This document shows, piece by piece, positions 48,576-59,774 of a DNA stretch of 64,000 nt. The notes below the pieces were generated by a model. That model ran no database searches. It worked only from the letters and a program-made list of their open reading frames with translations, and was not told the origin of the DNA. This stretch comes from Ranitomeya imitator. Taxonomy: Eukaryota. Numbering within the stretch: position 1 is the stretch's first letter; each line of letters opens with the position of its first letter. The stretch is from NCBI RefSeq assembly GCF_032444005.1, contig NC_091289.1, positions 171,182,001-171,246,000 of the forward strand. The letters run 5' to 3'. The position numbers and the translations under genes were made by a program.

Positions 48576-49639
48576 ACAGGGGCAGAATGCTGGACACAGT
48601 GACAGGGGCAGAATGCTGGACACAGGGGCAGAATGCTGGACATTGGGGCAGAATGCTGGACATTGGGGCAGAATGCTGGAAATTGGGGCAGAATGCGAGA
48701 CACGGGGCAGAATGGAGATACAGGGCATGATTGGAGACACGGGGCAGGATGAAAGACATGGGGGCATGACTGGAGACAGATGGGGGAGGATTGGAGACAG
48801 ATGGGGCAGAATGGAGACACAGGGGGCATGATTGGAGACAAGTGGCTGGATTTCAGACATGAGGGCATGGTTGGAGACATAGGGGGCAGAATGGAGACAT
48901 GGGGCATGATTGGAGACAGATCGTGCAGGATCATGGGGCAGGATGGATATGATGCAGAAAGATGGGGCAGGATGGAGAGATCACATGGGGCGATCATATG
49001 GGGCAGGATGGGGAGATCATATGGGGCAGGATGGGGAGATCATATGGGGCAGAATGGATACTCATGAGGGCAGGATGGGAGAACATGTGGCTGACGCCAG
49101 GAATGAGACACACGGTGGCCAGGCTGGGGGATATTATTACCATAGGGGCTAATTTAGGGATATTATTACTGCAGTGATGTATTTATTTTATTTTTTGAGG
49201 ACACGGTTTTAAATGGGGGGGCGGTCCTGTTACTGTGTAGAGTGACACTATGTCGCCTCTTTTTCTTCATGTGGTGTAATGTAGAAGGTGGGAAAAATTA
49301 AGTAATGTATTCTACAAGCGGAGCTCGAGATAACTGTGTTATTTCCTGCAGAGAGAAGTCCTGGCTGGATTAAATGATGGCGGTCTGTGCTGGATGAAAG
49401 ATGAAGGACTTCACCTAGAGACGTCACTGGTGAGTCAGTGTGTTACCTATATACTGACACTATACACTGTATACAGAGCTCCTGTGTATAATTTCACGAG
49501 TGATCACTGTATTATCTGTACACAGACACTGCATACTAAGTACAGATCTCCTGTGTATAATGGCACTTATGGTGATAGTATGGTGCTTTTTTTTAATTAC
49601 TGATCAGAATTGTAGTATTCAGTCACTATGTGGTGGTAA

Positions 49640-49905
49640 TATGTGGTCTGGACATGGTGTTGCGGTATTTGTTCCTTGTATGTGATATTATTCGATCACT
49701 GTGGTGGTAATATGTCATCTGGTCATGGTGTAGCGGTATTTGTTCCTTGTATGTGATATTATTCGATCACTGTGGTGGTAATATGTCATCTGGTCATGGT
49801 GTTGCGGTATTTGTTCCATGTATGTGATATTATCCGATCACTGTGGTGGTAATATGTCATCTGGTCATGGTGTAGCGGTATTTGTTCCTTGTATGTGATA
49901 TTATT
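49640..49905. repeat. About 71-bp tandem repeat, about 4 copies
   Basis: atgtgatattattcgatcactgtggtggtaatatgtcatctgg recurs at 49680, 49751 and 49822. Confidence 0.8.
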
Positions 49906-50496
49906 GGTCATTTTAAAAATTGAAAAATAAATAAAAATATACCTAAATTGTATTGCATATTTTAACAAATATTTAATAGGTTACAGTAGAGTAGGGCCCG
50001 GCCAAAAGTGTCTACCGTGTTATGGTGGCGGCTTAAAAAATCTTTTGGCCAAAACAAAAGCTGCTGGCTATATGTGTGATCTGGTGATGGGAACTGTTGA
50101 TGTGTGATAGGTGAGAAGTGGAGTTTTTCCAAGAGAGAGCGGTGGGTCTGTGGACAGTTCGAGGGGTGGAGCGTGGAGGCGGGGCTGGGGTGGAGCCTGG
50201 GCGGAGTCTCAAGGGGGCCCCGAAAATTTTGCCAGTATGGGGCCCCGAAATTTCTAGTGGCAGCCCTGCACACACACACACATATATACATACATACACA
50301 CACATATACATACACATACATACAATATACACATATAAGAAAAAGCAAACAAAAGAAAGGGAATGGTGACTCACCGAGTATTATATGGTAGGTAGCCTCT
50401 GATACTGCAGTTAGAATCCAGATTCCATTTGACCATCGGATAAATTAGGTAAAAAAACTGGATCAGCAAACTCAATTTCAATAAAAAAAATTCTTC

Positions 50497-50534
50497 TTCT
50501 ACGACTAAGGGCTACGGCCAGAAACGCATAAGAA
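50497..50534 (+). ncRNA. Degenerate hammerhead-like motif with A3-U8 core (ACGACUA)
   Basis: TTCT-ACGACTA-A-GGGC tac GGCCA-GAAA-CGCA-TA-AGAA; stem II and stem III carry mismatches. Confidence 0.45.
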
Positions 50535-50560
50535 TGCTACATGATTTTATCATGTCTGGA

Positions 50561-51535
50561 CAGGGTGGATAAAAATCAATGTTTTTTTTAAAAAAATCAA
50601 AAAAATCTGATTTTTTTTATTTAAATCGGATTTTTTTTATTTAAATCGGATTTTTTTTATTTAAATCGGATTTTTTTTTTTATTTAAATCGGATTTTTTT
50701 CAATAAACTCCTTTTTGAGGAAAATATTTTACGATCCAAAGGTTCTTCCATCATGAGATAAAGCTGAGTTGTTTAACTCAGTAGAATAAAGGCTGTATAT
50801 GTGTAACATTCACAATGCCATGCTCTTCCAGAGGTTTCTGTAGGATTAGTGGGCAGTTTCTCTCCTATATTATCACAGACGCTTGCTTTACTTACGCAGT
50901 TCTCAAAACTGAATTTGACTCCGCAGAGGTCCCAGCCTCTTCTTCACGGCAAAAATGTTACAACATGAACAGAGTTGAGAAAAGGACCTTAATCCTATTG
51001 TTCTACAAACCTATGAATACAGAATCAACCCCTTCAGTGCCAAGTCCAAAAAGTTAGACAATATGTTTCTGATTGTTTGGAGTGGAATAGATCTGCACAA
51101 CACAAGAAGAATGTGAATCTAAGTGTGAGGAGGAGGAAGGGCAAGCAGACAAGAAAATGAAAGTGAAACTTTGAGCACAATACTGCAGCATAGCCACAGA
51201 CAGACAAGTCTGGATCTGTTTGTGTGTGCGATCTGAGGTTTATTACATTCTTTCCTTATAATGGCAGCAGGCCGTAAAAGAGACCCAGTTTGGGAATATT
51301 TTAATTAAGCTCCTTCGCCTATCGGTAAGGCAGGCATGCGTGCAAAATGTAAAAAAGTAATATAAAAAGTGATTCTAAAAATCTTCATCTACTTGCATGT
51401 TAAAGTAGCAAGAACTAGTTTAGGTAGAAACTTTGATTTAAATCACTGATTTAAATCAAGCCTTACTGACTAGTGATTTAAATCGTGATTTAAATCGTGA
51501 TTTAAATCAGTTAGATTTAAATCAAATCCACCCTG
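50561..51535 (+). mobile_element. hAT deletion derivative
   Basis: Exact 8-bp duplication tgtctgga; ends cagggtggat / atccaccctg; BED-finger-like remnant MAAGRKRDPVWEYF near 51260. Confidence 0.9.
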
Positions 51536-51591
51536 TGTCTGGACTAACTTTTTGTAAAGAATTAAAAAAAAGAATATTTTTTTTAATGATA

Positions 51592-51928
51592 NNNNNNNNN
51601 NNNNNNNNNNNNNNNNNNNNNNNNNNNNNNNNNNNNNNNNNNNNNNNNNNNNNNNNNNNNNNNNNNNNNNNNNNNNNNNNNNNNNNNNNNNNNNNNNNNN
51701 NNNNNNNNNNNNNNNNNNNNNNNNNNNNNNNNNNNNACTTACACACATATACATAAGTGCNNNNNNNNNNNNNNNNNNNNNNNNNNNNNNNNNNNNNNNN
51801 NNNNNNNNNNNNNNNNNNNNNNNNNNNNNNNNNNNNNNNNNNNNNNNNNNNNNNNNNNNNNNNNNNNNNNNNNNNNNNNNNNNNNNNNNNNNNNNNNNNN
51901 NNNNNNNNNNNNNNNNNNNNNNNNNNNN
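51592..51928. other. Masked or assembly gaps (two N runs)
   Basis: N at 51592-51736 and 51761-51928. Confidence 0.98.
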
Positions 51929-52282
51929 CAGACATACATATACACACACACACATATACACATTCATACACAACACACAATTTGAAATTCACCATAAAGG
52001 AATTGACCTGCATAATGAATGATGTAAAAAACAAAACCCTAAAAACAATGACAGAAGAAGGTTACCTCCCTTCTCCATATTTGTCTACATATAAGGCGAA
52101 GAATTGTGGCGCCTTTAATTTTTATTTAAAGAAAATGTAAATAAATTTGTAACTAGGCACTGTATAACATTTATTTATTGCACAAAATAATGAGTTTGTG
52201 TCACGTTACAAAAATATTTAGAATTGAGGGTCCTCAGTGGTTGATACCTTTTAATGGCTAACTGAAAAGATGGTAACAAATT

Positions 52283-52319
52283 GCAAGCTTTCGAGACTAC
52301 ACAGGTCTCTTCATCAGGC
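52283..52319 (-). ncRNA. Minimal hammerhead ribozyme motif with canonical CUGAUGA/GAAA core, sense to IFT25
   Basis: GC-CTGATGA-A-GAGAC ctgtgta GTCTC-GAAA-GC-TT-GC; palindromic AGCU stem III; predicted cleavage between 52285 and 52284. Confidence 0.72.
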
Positions 52320-52477
52320 GAAGACTAAAAGAAATTCTGAAGAATCACATATTTATGCACAACATAGCACAGAAAAAAAAAGTGAAAAACCATGGATAAG
52401 CCATGGTTTTCCCCCTTTTTTTTTCTGTGCTATGTTGTGCATAAATATGTGATTCTTCAGAATTTCTTTTAGTCTTC

Positions 52478-52513
52478 GCCTGATGAAGAGACCTGTGTAG
52501 TCTCGAAAGCTGC
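52478..52513 (+). ncRNA. Second hammerhead copy lacking one U at the cleavage site (probably inactive)
   Basis: GAAAGCTGC instead of GAAAGCTTGC. Confidence 0.6.
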
Positions 52514-52766
52514 AATTTGTTACCATCTTCTCAGTTAGCCATTAAAAGGTATCAACCACTGAGGACTCTCAATTCTAAATATTTTTCTATCTACTGGCTA
52601 ACACGGTACCAAGATATATTTCTTTCCTGTCCCGTTACAAGAAGATCTATTCCAGAGGATTTCCATCTTCCCTTAATTACAGAAAACTTTGACAGGTCCT
52701 TGCAGGGTCGGCTTCACGTGACCTGGGTCAGTCCTTTCCACCGATTGTCTCACATGGTGCCGTCAT

Positions 52767-52865
52767 TCATATTGTGCTCTCAGCCGATACACTGCGAATG
52801 GAGACAAAATGATCGTATCCAGAGAGGATCACAAAACGCAAATGAATGGCCTGAACCCCAGGAAG
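52767..52865 (-). CDS. IFT25: IFT25/HSPB11 last coding exon
   Basis: LPGVQAIHLRFVILSGYDHFVSIRSVSAESTI*; CAG acceptor; TGA at 52767-52769. Confidence 0.93.
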   Translation of the reverse strand, partial: LPGVQAIHLRFVILSGYDHFVSIRSVSAESTI

Positions 52866-53558
52866 CTGTGGAGAAAGAACGAAATTACATTTTTGGAATA
52901 TCTGACAATTTCTTTTTTTCATGCTTATTTATTCACAGCCTCTATACATATTACGGATACAGAAACTGGACGCTCCAACCCAAGTTTACATGGAAAAGTT
53001 TGAAACTTTCTTATAAAATAAGGCAATTTCTTCTGCTTTGTGGTGTTAAAGGGGTTGTACCATAAATGCAAGTTATCCCCTAAACACAGGATAGGTGATA
53101 CCATACTGATCGTTAGGGGCCCTCACAAATCCTGAGAATGGGGTACTAGGCTACACTATTTAAACTGTATTGGTGGCCGTGCATGTGTGTATCCTCTGGA
53201 TAAGTGGAGGGGTGATAAATTCCTTTTTTGGTACATCTTCTGTAATTAGGGGTGTCGGGACATTCAAAAAGTTTCCCAGACAGAACTTGTTTGTGATTAA
53301 TGTGGTCCCATATTAATGTCATGTGACCACACCAATATGGATAACCAGTCACTGTTGCTGTATTGGTTTCCTACCATTGCAAAGTTCCTACAAACTAAAA
53401 ATAATTGGTGCTATATACAAGTGTACATGTATATTACAAAATGTCCGCACATAAATTGCTTGCACTGCACCTTGTTATGTGAAAGCACGTGTGCTCTAGA
53501 ACAGACAAATCCGCTATAAATTACAAATGTGTTTAATGGGACGTAGCGCCATACTTAC

Positions 53559-53602
53559 AGTGATCTCCTCTGTTTGGAACTGGCCTTCCACATGCTCAAG
53601 TT
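53559..53602 (-). CDS. IFT25: IFT25 coding exon 4
   Basis: (E)LEHVEGQFQTEEIT; 44 nt; AG/GTAAGT boundaries. Confidence 0.92.
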
Positions 53603-53940
53603 CTTGAAAGAAGAAAAGTCACATTACATATTTATAGTAATCATGAATATGCCAGATATCCGTTTGCGGAATAATTTTTGTGTTGATATAACGTAATCCA
53701 GCCAAGAGGTGGTAAAAGTAAAAATGTGTAAAATATCCAGCAAATTACACAAAATGTATCACACATTTCCTCTCGGGCAGTCTGCACATTATACGGACTG
53801 CACTCGTATCTACTGACAGTATGTCATTCCTTATATCCCCTATGGTGCCATTGCTGCGCGAGGGAATTTTTCTCAGTAGTACAACATTCTGTGATCACCT
53901 AAATTTTAAGCCACCCTTCCGGAGAAGACAACTCTTTTAA

Positions 53941-54285
53941 AGGGAACCGGTCACCAGCAAAAACGCTATTAATCTGCAGACATGGGGTTAATCTGCAGGT
54001 TAATAGCGTTACTAACCTGTCTGGCGCCTGCACATAGCCGAAGGCTGCATGGAGAAAATGGTAACTGACAGCCAACCCCAGTGAAGAGCCAGTGTCGGTC
54101 AGGTCCGCGGGTACGATTACATCTGCTGCTCCCTATACTCAGAGCGGTGACTGAACCCGAATGCTGCTGGAGGGAATAAAGTTAAATTTCTCCCTCCGGT
54201 GTTCGGCTACATGCAGGTGCCAGACAGGTTAGTAATCCCATATCTGCAGAGTGATAGCATTTTTTTTGCTGGTGACAGGTTCCCT
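53941..54285. mobile_element. Kolobok/T2-like MITE in an IFT25 intron
   Basis: TTAA duplication; ends agggaaccggtcaccagc / gctggtgacaggttccct. Confidence 0.85.
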
Positions 54286-54313
54286 TTAACAAAATAAACA
54301 TGGCTGCTCTTAC

Positions 54314-54382
54314 CTCTTTCCATGCATGGCTCAAAGTTTGTTGCTTCTTTGGATGCACTTGTGTAGATTTTTAAGCTTCGTA
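54314..54382 (-). CDS. IFT25: IFT25 coding exon 3
   Basis: (V)RSLKIYTSASKEATNFEPCMER; 69 nt; phases fit. Confidence 0.9.
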
Positions 54383-54498
54383 CTAGAAAAGAACAAGAAG
54401 AAAATAGAATAATATATTAAAGGGAACCTGTCAGGCAATTCAACCACAGGCAGCCTCAATCAGAGAGCAGCTCCAAAATGACAAATATCCATGTTTTA

Positions 54499-54724
54499 GG
54501 CCGGTTTCACATGTCAGTGGCTCCGGTACATGAGGTGACAGTTTCCTCACGTACCGGAGCCACTGACACACGTAGACGCATTAAAATCAATGCATCTGTG
54601 CAGATGTCATTGATTTTTTGCGGACCGTGTCTCCGTGTGCCACACTGATGTGCCAAAGAAACGCACCAGCACACGGACACAGATAATTCCGGTACCGGAA
54701 TTATCTGGACGTGTGAGACCGGCC
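54499..54724. mobile_element. Harbinger-like MITE
   Basis: Ends ggccggtttcacatgtc / gacgtgtgagaccggcc with TTA flanks. Confidence 0.7.
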
Positions 54725-55597
54725 TTACTCTGAGATACAATTTTTTTTTATTATTCTGGCTGCTCGCACATGTGCATCACTAACCCTATAGACCAATAGG
54801 AGAAAACAGGGTGGCAATCACATCGGTTCTTGTGAGGGGTCCCGGCTGTCAGACCACCAATCAATATATATTAATTCCATATGCTTTGGATAAGGGATAA
54901 ATGTGAGACATGAGACAACCCCTTTAAAGGGATATTTTCACAATCATAAAAGGGGTTGTCTGATGATTTCTGGCAGGAGCATGCTATTCCTCAACCTCCC
55001 GACTTCCTGCTTGATTGACAGATCAGACTGTGGCATTGTCACACCTCTAACCCGAACTACACTGTCCAATCAGGCATGTTTGCCTCTGCGTAAATCGGAA
55101 GAGCGCAGTTGTACTGATGCTGGCCGGATTGGGAGTTAACAGTGTGCTCCAGCGATCCCGGCCAGCTTCAAACGCAGCTGATAGAAAAGAGCTTGTAAAC
55201 AGCGCACATGTTCGTTCACCACTGCAAGTCTGCAGCAGTGGCAGGTAACCTAGGCAAAATAATAAATAAAATAAAAAATTACTTAAAGTAACAATTAATT
55301 GGTAAATTATTTAAAGTAAATGGAAATGAGAATTGCAAATACAATGATTTAGTCCAAACTAGCAGATATTCTGATGCGATGTGTTTCTTGTCACCTGATT
55401 TCTAGCAGTTACGCGCTCCCACAGTTCTCGTGACTAGCATTCGCAGTGAAATCCGTTCTGTTCCTACAGCATGCACAAGTCTGCGGGTATAACTGCACAG
55501 TGAGAGCAGCTGCAGTGTAAAGCACTCCTTTTGTTCCTGGAGGAAGCAGTTGGTTGCGCTTGCGCCGTCACAATCTATACGGCTCGGGCTTACCTAC

Positions 55598-55704
55598 CTA
55601 ATGAACTCTCAAGAGTAATTTTTCCGACCTTCTGTAAGCCGTTCATGCTGATAATGAATTCTTGGGGAAACATTCCTGTCGTTGTCCATAAAGTCTCTGG
55701 ATTT
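55598..55704 (-). CDS. IFT25: IFT25 coding exon 2
   Basis: (G)NPETLWTTTGMFPQEFII... matches human NPETFWTTTGMFPQEFII. Confidence 0.95.
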
Positions 55705-56180
55705 CTAGTAGGAGGTGAGGAAATTTTGTAAGTTTGGTCGCACCGGAAGAACGCTTTTACAAGGCAAGACAACAAACGTCTCCAAACATTTGTCCTAGAG
55801 CCCCGACATCCCCTCACACTCACCAGGGTTAACATATAACTCCCAGACATTTTGCGGGTTCGATTCCCAGTATTTGTGTCCCTTTATAGAAAATTGTGTC
55901 ACGCCTTCAGATTTTTGAGGTGTGAATTCACTCCTATTTCTGACCCCTCTAGGCCCCTGGGAAACCCCGTGACAGGTCACTGCCTGCTGCTACAGGCGAG
56001 CAGAATCTACACCAGAAGAAGCTAATGATCAAATACTACAGCAACCAATCAGAGCAATGCTATCATTTTCCAACTTGAAGCTGTAAACTGACAGCTGGAT
56101 TCTGATTGGTTGTTAAGAGCAATAGCTCCGCCTATTTCCTGCCGGACTTAGATGAGGTCCCTAAAAACTGCGCAGCTCAC

Positions 56181-56281
56181 CCGTCAATCATGCGCTCGGC
56201 CGGGTGTCTCTCATCGCTGGAGGTGGCCAGAGACACTCGAGCTCCCGCCGAGCTCAGACACAGGTTACCCGCCCGGGTCAT
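56181..56281 (-). CDS. IFT25: IFT25 coding exon 1
   Basis: MTRAGNLCLSSAGARVSLATSSDERHPAERMID(G); GTGAG donor at 56176-56180. Confidence 0.93.
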
Positions 56282-56760
56282 GTCACCAGATAGCAGGGAA
56301 CTCCGGTTCGCCTCTTGTTGATATGCCGTTACTAGGAAACAGAAAGGTTTTCCGGAAATGATCACATAACCCGGAAGTGCACGGGTAATTTATCCTCTTT
56401 AAGCACCGAGAAGAAACGTTCCGAATGAGAAAGGTTCCGGAGCGCTGTGCACCCGGGGACAGAGGTGAATTACCTTGTAGTAAGGAGAGGGGGGGCACAC
56501 CGTCCTTGCGAGGGTTAAAACTATAATATTCAGTGGTGGGAAATGGGGTTTAATGTAATTTTACTGCTTTTGAAAAACTTTACAAAAAGTGCTGTACTAG
56601 TCACCACTGCCATTACTTACCGGCATTTAAAGGGTAAAACAGGTTTCAGATTTTTAGAAAATGCATAAAAAGGTGATTTTAAAGTTTCCTGAGGTGAGTC
56701 GGCGCGGTGTCCTAGCAACAAGCCTGTCGCAAATAGGGCTGAATTGGCGCTAAGCTAATG
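56282..56760. promoter_or_regulatory. Probable bidirectional promoter for IFT25 and LRRC42; candidate LRRC42 non-coding exon donor gtgagt at 56694-56699
   Basis: CpG-rich; CCGGAAGT at about 56371 and other ETS-like cores; head-to-head gene arrangement. Confidence 0.6.
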
Positions 56761-58076
56761 GAAAATGGGGGTAAAGAAGCTTATTGGCGCTGACTGGGCT
56801 TATTTCCTAGATTTTACTGCCATATTAATCAGATTTAAGTGCTGGTTATGGGGGTCCGACCACTGGAACCGCAAGCGATCCTGAGATCAGGCCTCTTTGA
56901 TGGAGTGACGATGCACATGCTCGAGCTCTGTCCTGTTTGTCTAGGGGGCTCCCAGAGGAAGTACAGCGCTCGGTTATTTCCGGCAGTGCTATAGACAATT
57001 AATGGTGTGGAGACTGAGCATGTGGACGGATCAAAAGTGCCCTGTCCTGACATTAGTGGGGGTCCCAGGTACTAACTGCTATATGGAGAAAACCCCAAAA
57101 GATCGGACATCAGGAGATTGGCCAGTTTTTCTACTTCCATTAGGATCCCAGTTCTGTCCTGCAGCAATGACGTCCCCAGCTACTCACATGAATGTGAAAC
57201 ACTACCTTATGTTTAAAAGGAATTTGTCAGCAGGTTTTTGCTATGTAATCCGAGAGTAGCATGATGTAGGGGAAGAGAATCTGATTGCAAGGATGTGTCG
57301 CTTATTTGATTATATGCTGTAGTTTCACCATAATCAGTGTTTTATCAGCAGGAAATTATCACTGCTGTACTTGATCTCACATGCACAGCAGTCCAGCTAA
57401 TCTGTGGAACCCCGCCCCACCACTGATTGGCAGCTTTCTGCCTATGCGCAGTGTACACAGGAGGCTGTCAATCAGGGGTGTGGGCAAGGTTATACACAGC
57501 TCAGCATTCAGAGACTTGCTAAATCTACGGCAGAGAAAACATCTATCAAAACTGTACCAAGCAGTCCAGAAAGCGATACATCGCTGTAATCAGGGTCTCT
57601 GCCCCTATATTATGCTGCAGTGGGAGGAGAAAGCAGCTGGGTCAGGAGTTGAAGAGGGGGATGATGAATACAGGAACAAGAGACTTCCTGTTTCTACATA
57701 GAGTAGAGAACAGAGGAGAATTAGTGGGGTAGAAAGGCAAAAATGAGCAATTGTAAGTACACAGTGCTGTATAATATCATGACTGCAATATATTAAGAGG
57801 ATAAAAAACTTTGCTGGGAGGACGAGGGCTTCTTTAAATCAATGTTTGTGCAGGGGATTTGGAGCTCTGTATTAGAAAAGAAAAGTTGAATCTGTAATAT
57901 AGATATATTAGGAAATAATTCAGAACAGAATTTTAAAGCGATTTTTATAGAATAAGTGTGTACCATCACAATTTAGAAACCCACCATCTGTCGTCACTAT
58001 ATACAGGGGAAAGCTGAGTGTTTTGGGGTGTCAAATGAATGTCATATATTATCCCTTTTCTCCTTTTGATATTCAG

Positions 58077-58528
58077 ATGTCACAGTTTTCAGACTTTCGA
58101 GGAAATGAAGATCTCGGACCTGTCTTTGTGCGGGAGAAAGGTCAGCTCTTTTTGGCAGGATCTCATTGTGCCCGGATAAATACCTCTCCCGTCAGACTCT
58201 TCTCCAAAGGTTTCTCCGTGCAGCTGTGTGTGAATCAAGGGGACCACTGTAAACCCAAAGAGAAGCCATTTATATTCACATACACAGAGCAGGGGAGCCT
58301 GCGATACTCCGCCAAGCCTCTGTTCACCATGGCGCTGGATCTGATTGCGGATAATATTCGGCACGTGGACTCGCTGCTTGGGTTTCCTGAGCAAGTTGCA
58401 GAGAGATTGTTCACAGCTGCGGAGGCCAGGCTGCAGTTCTGCCATCCCCAGAATGGCCTGGTCGCCCTCCGTAAATTCACAGAGGCTTATGGAGACCTGA
58501 TGCTCTCGTCACTATGTCTGCGGGGCAA
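58077..58528 (+). CDS. LRRC42: LRRC42 first coding exon
   Basis: MSQF...DLGPVFVREKGQL...RLFSKGFSVQLC...FIFTYTEQGSLRYSAKPLF...GFPEQVAERLF...FTEAYG...SLCLRG; ATG directly after a CAG acceptor; GTAAGT donor. Confidence 0.95.
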
Positions 58529-59535
58529 GTAAGTATACACACAGGATTTTGCAGCTTAGGCTTCATTCACATGTATGCTAGCTCATCCAATAGAAGCATT
58601 CTGCTCTAATCTTTATTTTTTTTTTACACTGTTGGGTACCGTAATGGGGACTTGGCAGATCCCATTGCAGCTAACGGGGCTCCATTTGTGTCCATCATAT
58701 AACACAAGGATTTCCAACTCAGTCGGGTAAATTTTCTGCATGTAGAAAACAAGTTTAAATTTGACAGGCTGCAGTTTTTGCAGAACGAGATGACGTTTTC
58801 AGTGATAAAAATGTTTTTCCATATGACCTTTTCATACATTTTCTTAATAATTTTTGGTATGTTTTTTTTTTTTTTTTTTAATTCATTTTTGTAATTGTGT
58901 TTATTGTATGGATGATGGTGCAGGTTTATAGCTGTGGTCGTTCCAAATGCAGCAACACAGACAGAACACTTACTTTTTTTGCTTGGTTTTTGTAACAGAG
59001 CATCTTTAGTGGCAAAATATTTTTCTGTTTTTTTTTTTTTTTTTTTTTTTTCATTTTTCTTTAATTTCCTTTGGCCCCATGTAATAATTCTGGCCCTTGT
59101 CCTACTGCTCTTCACACACATTTAGAAAAAAAAAAAGATTTGTCTCACTTGTACTTGTTCCCTTGGCAAACAGCATGATTCTCCACAGCCGGGGTGGTGC
59201 ACGGCAGTGACGTCCTCTGAGGTTTTCAGATTTGTTAAAAAGTTGTGATAAAGTAGATAATATTGCAAAATAAATACCTATCTCTTTACCCTTGAGTCTC
59301 CCGGACTCCGCCCTGGTGGTCCCCATTGGTTTTGTGATGACGTTTCCCTCCTCACTCATGTGACTTCTTATTGAGGTTTAGGTTAGTAAGTAAATAAGAA
59401 AACCGCCTGTTAGTCATGGTCCAAGGTTTTGTGTGTTTTTGTTTGTTTGTTTTTTTATTTCTTACTGTGACATAAGTTTTTTTGTTCTCATATTTAGATA
59501 TATTGGGACGTGTAATCTTTGTGTGTCTTGCGCAG

Positions 59536-59667
59536 GTACTTGTTGGTTTCCGAGAAGCTGGAGGAGATCAAATCATTTCACGGTCTGCGGAGTTTGGACT
59601 TGTCATGTTGTAAATTGGGGGATGGACATGAGCTGTTTGGACACCTTTGCACAGAGGCTATGGACAG
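59536..59667 (+). CDS. LRRC42: LRRC42 coding exon 2
   Basis: (K)YLLVSEKLEEIKSFHGLRSLDLSCCKLGDGHELFGHLCTEAMD; phases fit. Confidence 0.95.
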
Positions 59668-59774
59668 GTATGGTGGTGATGCTTGGCCAGACTCAAATAA
59701 ATAGAACTGTTTCCTGTTCACTTCAATAGGAGCTGAGCTGCGCTACCTCACAAATAGCTAATACAGCATGTGTG

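Larger units (their letters stand above)
47276..50268. mobile_element. hAT-like non-autonomous element containing tandem arrays
   Basis: Ends cagggccgcca / tggcagccctg; 8-bp flanking duplication cacacaca within a CA repeat. Confidence 0.7.
52211..52629. mobile_element. Fold-back pair of a small hammerhead-containing retroelement in the predicted IFT25 3' UTR
   Basis: Arms 52211-52395 and 52401-52586 with a 5-nt loop, plus a 3' extension to 52629; parts recur as an insertion at 13535-13597. Confidence 0.85.

Noticed and set aside
47442-49177. Many overlapping ORFs with WTQWGRNAGH repeats
   Set aside because: Products of the 23-bp array and GC-rich interior of a non-autonomous element; no recognisable domain.
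51470-52140. ORFs spanning X runs
   Set aside because: Artefacts of N gaps.
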